Under the pieces are notes generated by a model. The model worked only from the letters and a program-made list of their open reading frames with translations. It was not told the origin of the DNA and searched no databases. Shown here piece after piece: positions 10,418 through 18,878 of a stretch of 64,000 bases of DNA (positions within the stretch are counted from its first letter, which is position 1; the number at the start of each line of letters is the position of its first letter). Source of the DNA: an uncultured Ignavibacteriales bacterium (GTDB taxonomy: Bacteria; Zixibacteria; MSB-5A5; GN15; FEB-12); assembly GCA_964612145.1 (NCBI GenBank), contig CAZTBP010000005.1, forward strand, positions 71,749 to 135,748, in the 5' to 3' direction. The translations under genes and the position numbers were made by a program.

Positions 10418-10858
10418 GTGCCATTTTGTCCTAAATGCAGGTATGAATATGAATCGCGTGTGTCGCGGTGTCCGGACTGCGACGAAACCCTTGTCTCGCA
10501 TCTGCCGCCGGAGGAGCCGGTAGAGCAGGACCTGCCCGAAGATTTCAGGGACTGGGTGCAGGTTGCCCGGCTGACCTCGAATCAATATGCTCAAATGCTT
10601 GTAGGGGCTTTTCGCTCAAGTGGAATTCCTGTCGTTGTGCGAGGTGAAACCGGCCATTTCGGTATGACAGGCCAGGACGGTATCTCGTCGTTTCTCCCGT
10701 CAGGCGGTGGATACTCGGTCTATGTCCCAGAAGGCCACGTAGTGGCGGCTGATATCGAGGGCGAAGCGATATTGGGCGATGTCTGGGAATCCTCGAAGCT
10801 AATCGATATTGACAATGCCGAGGAAGTGGATGACGACGACTATCCCGAAGACCGTTAG
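10418..10858 (+). CDS. Zinc-ribbon protein with DUF2007-like (PII-like putative signalling) domain
   Basis: CPKCRYEY-x8-CPDCDE zinc ribbon, then a small alpha/beta-looking domain and an acidic tail. GTG 10418 is preceded by an AGGAGA SD. The ORF track starts at TTG 10391. Confidence 0.55.
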   Translation: MPFCPKCRYEYESRVSRCPDCDETLVSHLPPEEPVEQDLPEDFRDWVQVARLTSNQYAQMLVGAFRSSGIPVVVRGETGHFGMTGQDGISSFLPSGGGYSVYVPEGHVVAADIEGEAILGDVWESSKLIDIDNAEEVDDDDYPEDR

Positions 10859-11175
10859 CTAACTGAACGTGGTTTCCACTGGAAACGCCTGAGGTCTATT
10901 CTGTCGTTTCGGTCCAGCTGCACTCCCTCGTCGGCAAGCATGGCGCGCTGTTGTTCGAAGCCTCGACCGGAAGGAAGCGAAATCTGCCCGTTGGAGTTGA
11001 TCACACGGTGCCATGGCAGCCCTTCTTTGTCAGAGAGACTGTAAAGCAGACGTACGACCTGCCGCGCCCCCTGCGGATTTCCGGCAAGGGCGGCAATTTG
11101 ACCATAGGTAGCGACACGGCCGCGTGGAATCCGCTTGATGAGAGCCAAGGCATGTTTTACAAATTCGGATGTCAT
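10855..11175 (-). CDS. Alkyltransferase-like (ATL) protein, MGMT-family DNA-binding domain without the Cys acceptor
   Basis: VATYGQIAALAGNPQGARQVV helix-turn-helix followed by LPWHRVINSNGQISL. The canonical PCHRV active site reads PWHRV. Start at internal ATG 11175 (MTSEFVK) avoids overlap with the divergent gene. The ORF track extends to 11343. Confidence 0.75.
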   Translation of the reverse strand: MTSEFVKHALALIKRIPRGRVATYGQIAALAGNPQGARQVVRLLYSLSDKEGLPWHRVINSNGQISLPSGRGFEQQRAMLADEGVQLDRNDRIDLRRFQWKPRSVS

Positions 11176-11254
11176 CGTGTTGATAGTCTTTCCTTTCGAA
11201 ACGAGAATACACCCGGGAAGAGATAACCACAATGCTAAATGAGGAGCACTGTCG

Positions 11255-11701
11255 ATGAGCAAGAAATCACTGGTGTTTTCGATCGAAGTTCCGGCCGCCA
11301 AAGAGACGGTCTGGAAAATCCTGCTTGACAAAGAGTCCTTCAAAGAATGGACGTCGGTTTTTCATCCGGATTCCTATATGGAAGGCAACTGGGAGGAGGG
11401 AACGGAGGTTCGCTTTTTGACGCCGGAAGGCGACGGCATGATCAGTCACGTTACCATTCACAAGCCGCAGGAGATCATCACGATGAAGCACGAAGCGGTC
11501 ATCTCGGACGGGAAACGTGACACTGAGGGAGAGGAAGCCCGACGCTGGATCGGCCTGACTGAGACATACAAGGTTGCGCGAAAGGGAGAGGCCACACAGG
11601 TGACAATTGAGAGTGAGATTTCTGACAAATATGCCGAGTGGTTCGAGCAGAAGTGGATCGAGGCACTGGATAAAATCAGGGCATTGGCAGAATCGAAATA
11701 G
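11255..11701 (+). CDS. SRPBCC (AHSA1/START-like) domain protein
   Basis: 148 aa. The N-terminus LVFSIEVPAAKETVWKILLDKESFKEWTSVF is typical of SRPBCC/Aha1-like small proteins. AGGAG SD upstream. Confidence 0.7.
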   Translation: MSKKSLVFSIEVPAAKETVWKILLDKESFKEWTSVFHPDSYMEGNWEEGTEVRFLTPEGDGMISHVTIHKPQEIITMKHEAVISDGKRDTEGEEARRWIGLTETYKVARKGEATQVTIESEISDKYAEWFEQKWIEALDKIRALAESK

Positions 11702-11912
11702 CCTTTCGATTGGTCCGAAAATGGTGAACCTGTCGACCGAGTTCGAGTTGCAAAGTAAATGCCGCCGTATACCTGTTGGGTACGGTGATTACCGAATCCG
11801 GAAAAAACGTCAGCGCCGGACAAGTCACAGTCTGCCCGGTCAAAACTCGCTTGCGCCCGACGATGCGATACGCTAACTTGTGGCCGCTCAATCACCTGTC
11901 GCCAAACCAATT

Positions 11913-12001
11913 GCCGGAGTGGTGGAATTGGTAGACACCAGGGACTTAAAATCCCTTGGTTCGAAAGGACCGTGCCGGTTCGAGTCCGGCCTCCGGCACC
12001 A
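11913..12001 (+). tRNA. tRNA-Leu (anticodon TAA), class II, CCA encoded
   Basis: GCCGGAG...AGGGA-CTTAAAA-TCCCT...long variable arm...GCCGGTTCGAGTCCGGC-CTCCGGC-A-CCA. The cloverleaf was checked by hand. The end is 11998 without CCA. Confidence 0.92.
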
Positions 12002-12107
12002 TTTTTTGCCCCCCGTTGAACAGTGATTAAACTTGCGCTCGCCGTACCCTCTCCCGACCTTTTTGCTTGGATGTACGGAGGCACACCAATATGAATGGAG
12101 ATGCGTC

Positions 12108-12863
12108 ATGCTCAAGAAAATCATTCTCGTTGTCGTAATTCTGATAGTCGTCGGGCTGGGGGCGGTCTATTTCGCACGCAATGTGATTGCTGAAAGCGCG
12201 GTCGAGGAAGGAAGTAAATATGCTCTTGGTGTCCAGACCGACCTTGGCTCGGCATCGGTGGACATCGGCGGCGGAAGCCTCGGACTGGCGGAGTTCACAA
12301 TCAGCAACCCGGAAGGGTTCTCCTCGGACAAACTTATGACAATGAACCATGGTTTTCTCGATGTCGAGACCGGATCAGTTTTTGATGATGAGGTCGTGGT
12401 CGATTCGCTGGTGCTCGAGAGTTTTCGACTGAGGCTGGAACAGCAGAACACCAAAAGCAACGTGATGGAAGTGCTCAATCACATCAAACAGGTGGACTTC
12501 GGGTCAGAACAACAGCAGTCGCAGCAGAAATTCCGTATCAAGAAACTGATGCTGCGCGATATTGGGGTCGATGCTTCCCTGACTGTAGAGGGTAACGAGC
12601 AGTACCAGAAATCCTACACAGTCAGCGACATTACACTCACCGACGTCGGTTCCGATGGTGGGGCGTCGATCGGGCAGATCACGGCACAAGTCGTGCGGGC
12701 TGTACTGCAGAAATCTGCAGCCAGCGGTCGCGGCGTTTTGCCCGAGGAGTTCAATGCCCCCCTCAACCGCATTGCTGATCAGAGCAAAGAATCAATTAAA
12801 GAGAAGGTAACGGACAAAATAGAGGACGTTGGCAAGTCGTTACTTGGCGACGATGGCGACTAA
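12108..12863 (+). CDS. Hypothetical N-terminally membrane-anchored protein
   Basis: ATG 12108 gives MLKKIILVVVILIVVGLGAVYF (signal-anchor). The rest is hydrophilic and Gln/Asp/Ser-rich, with no motif I recognise. The ORF track starts at 12033. Confidence 0.6.
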   Translation: MLKKIILVVVILIVVGLGAVYFARNVIAESAVEEGSKYALGVQTDLGSASVDIGGGSLGLAEFTISNPEGFSSDKLMTMNHGFLDVETGSVFDDEVVVDSLVLESFRLRLEQQNTKSNVMEVLNHIKQVDFGSEQQQSQQKFRIKKLMLRDIGVDASLTVEGNEQYQKSYTVSDITLTDVGSDGGASIGQITAQVVRAVLQKSAASGRGVLPEEFNAPLNRIADQSKESIKEKVTDKIEDVGKSLLGDDGD

Positions 12864-12883
12864 GGAGAAAGAGAGATAGGCCA

Positions 12884-13120
12884 ATGAATATTCTCTTATT
12901 TCTATTGATCGGCCTGCTGGCCGGTTGGATTGCGGGAAAGCTGTTTAAAGGGAAGGGTTTTGGGCTGGTCGGCAACCTCGTTGTCGGTGTCATTGGAGCC
13001 GTTGTGGGCGGTTTCCTGTTCGGGCTTGTGGGGCTTCAAGCAACCGGACTTCTGGGTGAGTTGATCGCAGCCGTAGTTGGCGCTCTTGTCCTGCTCTGGT
13101 TGATAAGTTTGATTAAGTGA
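12884..13120 (+). CDS. GlsB/YeaQ/YmgE family stress-response membrane protein
   Basis: 78 aa. LLIGLLAGWIAGKLFKGKGFGLVGNLVVGVIGAVVGGFLF is the classic transglycosylase-associated/YeaQ pattern. Confidence 0.85.
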   Translation: MNILLFLLIGLLAGWIAGKLFKGKGFGLVGNLVVGVIGAVVGGFLFGLVGLQATGLLGELIAAVVGALVLLWLISLIK

Positions 13121-13320
13121 TTTAATTAAAGCATTGCCCGCCAAGGCGTAACAAGTCGCGCGGCTCGGTCCCGGGTTGTTTTCCACAACCCGTACATCTA
13201 TATCCCCTCAGTACCTGCGAGGTCTGCTCTCTTATTGCAGGCACCGATTTTCGGCTGAGCCCCGGGGCCGTGTGAACGGGTTGGAACGGATGTGAGCCGA
13301 CAAGTGTTTATCAAGTATAC

Positions 13321-14091
13321 ATGCGTTACTTACTCGCCGCTCTTGTGTTCATAAGTCTGTCACTATTGTCAGCATCGATCGGATCAATCGAATCGGTCTA
13401 TCCGTCGGGGTATGCGATTCAGGCCGGTTATGCAATCCCGAGAACTCAAATCCCGGTGGGGGAGACGCTCGTCATCGAGCGCTGGCTGGTAAATAACGAA
13501 GCATTCACCATTAGCGGTCTCTACTTTTCCGACCACCTTCCGCTGGCTTTTGATACGATCAGTGTACTGATACAGCTTAACGGCAATCCGGTATCGCACG
13601 CCAGCTACGCCACCACTTCCGTTTTTCCGAACAACGAAGCCCTGCATACGATTATCGACGCACCGGATACCATCGGGCAGCCGTCGACCCTGATCCGGCC
13701 GGGTGACAGTCTTCACATGATGCTTTTTGTCCTTGGAACCCAGGCGGGGGACTTCCAGCTTAATCTGCACAGCTCCGCTTTTGTTGCCGGCAGTCTCCCA
13801 TTCTTCACACTCAGTAACACCGTTACGACAATCACGTTTACTTCCGGCTCCTGCTGCGAGTATCGGGGCGACGTAAACGGTGATTCAGGAGACGAGTCCC
13901 AGATTGATGTCTCGGACTTGACGTATCTGGTTGGCTTTTTGTTTACGGGAGGGCCGTCTCCGGCTTGTTTCGAGGAGGCGAATATCAACGGGTCAACCGC
14001 TGAAGAGGGTGACCTTGTAAATATCGGCGATCTAACATTCCTGGTCGACTTCCTGTTCCGAGGCGGAGCATCCCCACCACCGTGCTTCTGA
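13321..14091 (+). CDS. Secreted protein with C-terminal tandem dockerin-like (EF-hand type) repeats
   Basis: Signal peptide MRYLLAALVFISLSLLSASIG. The C-terminus reads CCEYRGDVNGDSGDESQIDVSDLTYLVGFLFTGGPSPACFEEANINGSTAEEGDLVNIGDLTFLVDFLFRGGASPPPC, which is two D-x-N-G-D...D-L-x-x-L-V-x-F-L-F modules. Confidence 0.7.
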   Translation: MRYLLAALVFISLSLLSASIGSIESVYPSGYAIQAGYAIPRTQIPVGETLVIERWLVNNEAFTISGLYFSDHLPLAFDTISVLIQLNGNPVSHASYATTSVFPNNEALHTIIDAPDTIGQPSTLIRPGDSLHMMLFVLGTQAGDFQLNLHSSAFVAGSLPFFTLSNTVTTITFTSGSCCEYRGDVNGDSGDESQIDVSDLTYLVGFLFTGGPSPACFEEANINGSTAEEGDLVNIGDLTFLVDFLFRGGASPPPCF

Positions 14092-14109
14092 GAGAATGGG
14101 CTGCGGGCA

Positions 14110-15573
14110 TCAGGTCTTGCTGCTTACCTCCTGCCGATCAGGATGCGTCACTGGTTGATTCTCAGCTCCCAAAAACCACTTGACCCAGCTGTGCACATCC
14201 TGTCGCCGAACTACCCGGCGAAGAACTTTCATATGACGCTGGCGCTCCTCATGACTCATGATATAAGCTCGGTAGATAGCATCGGCGGTTCCCTCGATAT
14301 CGTACGGATTGACTACGAGAGCACCCTTGCCAAGTTGATCCACCGCACCGGCAAATTCCGACAGAATGAGAACGCCGTTGTTATCAATCGAGGCAGCACA
14401 ATACTCTTTGGACACCAGGTTCATGCCGTCGCGTAATGGCGTAACCAGGGCAATTTCGCACGCCCGGTAATGTCCGAGAAGCTGAACGCGGTCGAGACTT
14501 CGGAACATGTAGTGAATCGGCACCCAGCCATGGCTCGCAAACCGGCCGTTAATACGACCGGACAGTGTATCAAGCTGATCTTTGAGCTCCTGATATTCCT
14601 TGACCTTCACGCGGCTGGGGATTACGACCTGTACCAGAGATATCTTGCCGTGGATATCCGGGTATTTCTCAAGCAGTCGTTCGAAAGCGAGGAATCGCTC
14701 AGGTATGCCCTTGGTGTAGTCGAGTCGATCCAATCCCAGGACCAGCTTGATGCTGCCGTAGTTTTCGTGAACGAACCACGCCGAGTCATCGACCTCCTTT
14801 GTCGCGGCACTCTCGGCAAATTCGTTGTAGTCAATACTGATCGGGTAGAACCCCAGGCGAATGGATCGTCCCCGGTGGATCATACTTGACTCTCGACGTC
14901 GGGCTTTGATTTTAGAGTCCGGGACTAACCACCGGACAGTAGAGATGAAATTTCGCCGGTCATGGGAAGTCTGGAAGCCGATGTGATCATAATCGAGCAG
15001 TCCGTGCACAATCTCCGATCCCCAGGGGAGGCGGCGTATAAGATCGAATGACGGGAAAGGGATATGCAGGAAGAAACTAATGTGCTGGGTGATGCCAAAC
15101 TCGCGAAGAAAATGGCCGACCAGCATCAACTGATAGTCATGAATCCAGACGAATGAGTCCGGCTCGATATGCTTCGCGACGACCTCAGCGAACCGTCGAT
15201 TGATCTGCATATACGCCTCCCAATGATCCGGATCAAACGAGCAGTGACCGAGTAAGTCGTGAAATAAGGGCCAGATAGTTTGATTCGAAAAGCCTCGATA
15301 GTACCTCTGCACTTCCTCCTCGGTGAGAGGAACGGGAAAAACTTCATAGTCGTGGTTCTTGCTGAATTCGTGCAGTATCTCGTCAGCCGGAGCTTCCTCT
15401 CCGCAGCCGGGCCAGCCAATCCACTTGCCCTGGTTTTTTCTCATAAGCGGAGTCAGGGCGGTGACAAGCCCGCCGGCACCGGGGGAAACGGTCCAGACAT
15501 CATTTTCGGTCTTGTCAATGGTTACCGGGAGTCGGTTGGATACGATTAGGAATTTCTTATCGTCAAAGGCCAT
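14110..15573 (-). CDS. otsA: Alpha,alpha-trehalose-phosphate synthase (GT20)
   Basis: [35 protein letters not shown] and the NPYD motif are typical of OtsA. GAGGAG SD upstream of ATG 15573. Confidence 0.9.
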   Translation of the reverse strand: MAFDDKKFLIVSNRLPVTIDKTENDVWTVSPGAGGLVTALTPLMRKNQGKWIGWPGCGEEAPADEILHEFSKNHDYEVFPVPLTEEEVQRYYRGFSNQTIWPLFHDLLGHCSFDPDHWEAYMQINRRFAEVVAKHIEPDSFVWIHDYQLMLVGHFLREFGITQHISFFLHIPFPSFDLIRRLPWGSEIVHGLLDYDHIGFQTSHDRRNFISTVRWLVPDSKIKARRRESSMIHRGRSIRLGFYPISIDYNEFAESAATKEVDDSAWFVHENYGSIKLVLGLDRLDYTKGIPERFLAFERLLEKYPDIHGKISLVQVVIPSRVKVKEYQELKDQLDTLSGRINGRFASHGWVPIHYMFRSLDRVQLLGHYRACEIALVTPLRDGMNLVSKEYCAASIDNNGVLILSEFAGAVDQLGKGALVVNPYDIEGTADAIYRAYIMSHEERQRHMKVLRRVVRRQDVHSWVKWFLGAENQPVTHPDRQEVSSKT

Positions 15574-15661
15574 TGCAGCTCCTCAGAGTGTTCATGAAGC
15601 TGGTGCGCAAGGTGTGGTTCACAATGTTTGGTTGCAGCCGTCACACAGCACTCAAACACAC

Positions 15662-15690
15662 AATATAGGCAGACCGTCGATCAAATGCAA
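15662..15690 (-). promoter_or_regulatory. Candidate sigma70-type promoter for otsA (TTGCAT-17 nt-TATATT)
   Basis: Read on the minus strand inside the 145-nt otsB-otsA gap: -35 TTGCAT (15690-15685), 17-nt spacer, -10 TATATT (15667-15662). About 80-nt leader to ATG 15573. Confidence 0.35.
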
Positions 15691-15718
15691 TCACGCCGGT
15701 GTTCAGTATATGCAACGC

Positions 15719-16507
15719 CTATAAACGAGTGTTAGTTCGCCAATTGTCAAGGAAGGTATAGAGTTCGTCGGGCGGTTTAATCCAGAGCTTTGCTTGTGTT
15801 TCACGGAACTCTTTTCGGACCAGAACCGGCAGTCCCCGATCCTTCAGGATGCGAAAACCGTCCTCATCAGTGTGATCGTCGCCAAGAAAAGCAATCGGAT
15901 TGACCTCGTCCGTTTCGTCCAAAATGGTGCTGACAGCATCTGCTTTGGAAATGCCGCTGACACGGATCTCCAGGCCGCCGTCGAAAGCGTGCCATTCCAA
16001 ATTGAAATCGTCGATCTTGTCAAAGAACTGAACGTGGATCCTTGCACGTAAAGCTTCTGCCTCAGTCTCAGGCAGTCCGCGCCAGTGAAACGCAATACCA
16101 GCCGGTTTGTGTTCTGCAAAAGACTGGAGTTGCTCATCGGCTATCCAATTCCTGACCTGCGAGAATCCTGACAGGTTTTTGTCGCTCAGTTCTCTGATGC
16201 CCCGGGTCCCGTCGGGTCGCAGAAACTCCATACCATGCGAACCCCAGATTTCCGGTGGCGAGTTAAGCCCCAGCAGCGGAAGAAGATGATCAATGGCCCG
16301 TCCGCTGATAATGACAATGCGAGTCGAGCAATTCTCCATCATCTCCACAAACCGTTCCCGAATTCCGGCGTAGGGGATCGCTCGATCACGTTTCTTGCGA
16401 AACGGTGCCAGGGTGCCGTCGTAGTCCAGCAGCAACACAGGCTCGGGTGCAGTTGCAACCCGCGGCCAGAATTCGTCCAAATTGAGGGCGTCGTCAAGAA
16501 CCTTCAT
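15719..16507 (-). CDS. otsB: Trehalose-6-phosphate phosphatase (HAD family)
   Basis: LLLDYDGTLAPF (HAD motif I), IISGR and GDDHTDEDGF motifs. It starts 9 nt after the treT stop. Confidence 0.85.
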   Translation of the reverse strand: MKVLDDALNLDEFWPRVATAPEPVLLLDYDGTLAPFRKKRDRAIPYAGIRERFVEMMENCSTRIVIISGRAIDHLLPLLGLNSPPEIWGSHGMEFLRPDGTRGIRELSDKNLSGFSQVRNWIADEQLQSFAEHKPAGIAFHWRGLPETEAEALRARIHVQFFDKIDDFNLEWHAFDGGLEIRVSGISKADAVSTILDETDEVNPIAFLGDDHTDEDGFRILKDRGLPVLVRKEFRETQAKLWIKPPDELYTFLDNWRTNTRL

Positions 16508-16516
16508 GCGGCCAAG

Positions 16517-17758
16517 TTAATCAGCCATCAGGTGATTGCCAAGTCCTTGTTTGACACCGAGCATAAGGGTAAGATATTCGCGGAGATGCCGTGTGAGGAG
16601 GAAGTTGTGTTTGACGAACTTGTGGGCTGTATCACCCATCTCTTTCATCCGGTCGGGGCGCCGGAGCAGTTCACGCATTCGCAATGCGGCTCCTTCCGGT
16701 GTGTCCACAAGAAAACCGGTATGGTAATTGTGAACCTGAAGAACAATGCCGCCGATATTACCGCCGATCACCGGTTTGCGTTTCCACATTGCCTCGGTCA
16801 CTGTCAGCCCAAACCCCTCCTGCAATGATTTCTGCAAAACAATAGTAGAGGCACGCTGGAGGGCATTGATAATTCGGTGAGCATCGGGCGGCAACAGCAG
16901 CACGTTAATCCGCGGATCGTCCTGAGCCGCTTCTTTTACTTCTTCAAGTACTGCCGCACCCTCGGGATCATCGGTGGCGCCGCCGCCGGCCAAAACCAGT
17001 TGTGCATCGACCGAGCCGTTAAGCATCTGGAAGGCATCAATTACACCAAGGGGATCCTTAAAGCGGTCGAAGCGCGAAATCTGGGTCAGGATGGGCCGTT
17101 TTGGATCAAGGCTGAAGCGTGTCAGCACCTGGTCAATCTCGGCCCGCTCGAGTTCACGATTCTTTTCGCTGAGCGGGTCAATCGATGGGGCGATGATGAA
17201 TTGCGGATGATTCATGCGCTGGGCGAAATGGGGCATAGAGAAGATGCTTGCATCGTAGGCAACCGCCAGACTCTTGATGTATCGCCAGACCTTCCGATTC
17301 GGTCGGCTGGCGTCGATATGACATCGCCAGATCCATTTACCGCGCCGTTCGGGGCACAGGTTCCGCAGGAAAGCCGGCTGCGGATCATGAATAAAGACAA
17401 AGTCGGCTTCCTCGAGAATGGGGCGAAGCCGCTGTGCATTATCGGCCACGGTCTCTTGATACGTTTCGATCATAGATTGAGTTAACGGTACGTGCTGCCC
17501 CTGAAGACCATTGTGAAAAGACTTCGTGACATTGAAATAGTCCGGGTGGCCCTCGACCACCTCCCATGAGGCTTCCAACCCAAGTTCATTCATGAGCGGA
17601 ATGAGCCAGCCGAGAATTTCGGCCACACCGCCGCCTTCGCGAGTGGAATTGACATGCACTACCCGCGCCCCCTGAAGCTCCCGGGCGAGCTGGGCCAGCT
17701 GGCTTATCGGAACCGGCCCAACTACTTTCTCATATGCCGCTAATGATCCGCCACCCAT
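16517..17758 (-). CDS. treT: Trehalose glycosyltransferring synthase (TreT-type GT4)
   Basis: VHVNSTREGGGVAEIL, WEVVEGHPDYFNVTKSFHNGLQG, WRCHIDASRPN, IAPSIDPLSEKN, ILTQISRFDRFKDP and LQKSLQEGFGLTVTEAMWKRKPVIGG closely track archaeal TreT (Pyrococcus/Thermococcus) as I remember it. Confidence 0.8.
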   Translation of the reverse strand: MGGGSLAAYEKVVGPVPISQLAQLARELQGARVVHVNSTREGGGVAEILGWLIPLMNELGLEASWEVVEGHPDYFNVTKSFHNGLQGQHVPLTQSMIETYQETVADNAQRLRPILEEADFVFIHDPQPAFLRNLCPERRGKWIWRCHIDASRPNRKVWRYIKSLAVAYDASIFSMPHFAQRMNHPQFIIAPSIDPLSEKNRELERAEIDQVLTRFSLDPKRPILTQISRFDRFKDPLGVIDAFQMLNGSVDAQLVLAGGGATDDPEGAAVLEEVKEAAQDDPRINVLLLPPDAHRIINALQRASTIVLQKSLQEGFGLTVTEAMWKRKPVIGGNIGGIVLQVHNYHTGFLVDTPEGAALRMRELLRRPDRMKEMGDTAHKFVKHNFLLTRHLREYLTLMLGVKQGLGNHLMAD

Positions 17759-17765
17759 AGCTGCC

Positions 17766-18437
17766 TCAATTCTCCTGGTCGGTCAGGGCTGTCACCAACC
17801 GCTTCTTGAGTTCGGGAAGGGCAAGATAGTAGAAATCGATATTCTGAAGACGATGGACAATGTCTTCCGTTCCCGAACCAAAGCCCTCGAGCCAGGCCGT
17901 GAAGTCATCTGTATGACTATCGGTGCGTCGTCTCGCCTCAATGAAGTGATAGTAAATGGAGCTAAACGACATGTTCGACACTTGCTCGATTAAATCGTCT
18001 GCCTTTTCGAGCACAATTCCGGTGTCGAACACAACCGTGACGGCCCGCATAAAGCGGAATTCCTCGCCGCGCTGAACGAACGGGAGGTATGGTACTTCCG
18101 ACAGCCGCTCATCGATCACTTCGCCTACGATATCCCGAAGATCCTCCATGGAGGGAAGGGAATACGGGTTAATCACGCCCAGCCGTTCGGCAAGAGCCCG
18201 GTCTCGAAGCGATCGGGCCGACCAGACAGCCAGGTCGTTGCGAAACTCCGGATCGTCGAAAGTCGGTCGAACGACCGTTTCACAGAAATGATGAAACAGG
18301 CATTCTACCGGACAATGGGTCACTCGTTCGTGTAGTTCACGAAGGTTGACTGCGGTTTCGACGCCGCCCATTCGTGTGATGATAGTGCAGTCTTTAACCT
18401 CAAATGGCATATTCTGTTTTTCGGTTGCCAGAGCCAT
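17766..18437 (-). CDS. Conserved-looking hypothetical protein with internal two-fold repeat, first gene of the trehalose operon
   Basis: 223 aa. Residues ~11-108 and ~126-217 align to each other (L-F-H-H-F-C-E vs I-Y-Y-H-F-I-E; D-L-A-V-W vs D-F-T-A-W). A Cys/His cluster HCPVECLFHHFC occurs only in repeat 1. The stop lies 7 nt before the treT start. Confidence 0.65.
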   Translation of the reverse strand: MALATEKQNMPFEVKDCTIITRMGGVETAVNLRELHERVTHCPVECLFHHFCETVVRPTFDDPEFRNDLAVWSARSLRDRALAERLGVINPYSLPSMEDLRDIVGEVIDERLSEVPYLPFVQRGEEFRFMRAVTVVFDTGIVLEKADDLIEQVSNMSFSSIYYHFIEARRRTDSHTDDFTAWLEGFGSGTEDIVHRLQNIDFYYLALPELKKRLVTALTDQEN

Positions 18438-18496
18438 AAATTTACCTTCAACAACAGCTTATGACGGATTTCGACAATGAGCCGTCCTGCAGCCCC

Positions 18497-18524
18497 AATC
18501 TACAGAGTTTAAACCGTGAATCAA
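18497..18524 (-). promoter_or_regulatory. Candidate promoter of the unknown-treT-otsB operon (TTGATT-16 nt-TAGATT)
   Basis: Minus-strand reading: -35 TTGATT (18524-18519), 16-nt spacer, -10 TAGATT (18502-18497). About 60-nt leader, GAAGG SD before ATG 18437. Confidence 0.25.
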
Positions 18525-18602
18525 GGGGGCAGTTCGCTGAGATTAGGCGTTTTGTGAATCGGACTGCATTTTTGGAGAAGATTGATTTTTCCCAGAAAGT
18601 TC

Positions 18603-18632
18603 TTGAAATCAACTGGTCCGTACTTTTATATT
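18603..18632 (+). promoter_or_regulatory. Candidate promoter of tRNA-Thr (TTGAAA-18 nt-TATATT)
   Basis: -35 TTGAAA 18603-18608 and -10 TATATT 18627-18632, about 45 nt upstream of the tRNA 5' end. Confidence 0.3.
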
Positions 18633-18681
18633 TGCCGATCAGAACAGGGCGGCCGGCAGTGGCCGCCGTTAATGTCTGCAA

Positions 18682-18754
<73 letters not shown>

Positions 18755-18878
18755 TTTTTCTTTTATCGCTGCGGCTGAGACAGCCTGATTCACGTTACGC
18801 TTACTTCTCAATTTCCTTTCTTTCACACACCGGCTTTGACGAAAGAACTTTGACAGACCAGGCCTCTGTTGTTACGTT

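Noticed and set aside
11458-12124. Minus-strand ORFs (208 aa and 78 aa) crossing tRNA-Leu; likewise 4836-5186 across tRNA-Tyr and 18448-18826 across tRNA-Thr
   Set aside because: They overlap hand-verified tRNA cloverleaves and the antisense of the SRPBCC gene, so they are spurious.
13172-13192. Perfect 7-bp hairpin CGGGTTG-TTTTCCA-CAACCCG downstream of the YeaQ-like gene
   Set aside because: No U tract follows and the stem is short, so it is not called as a terminator.
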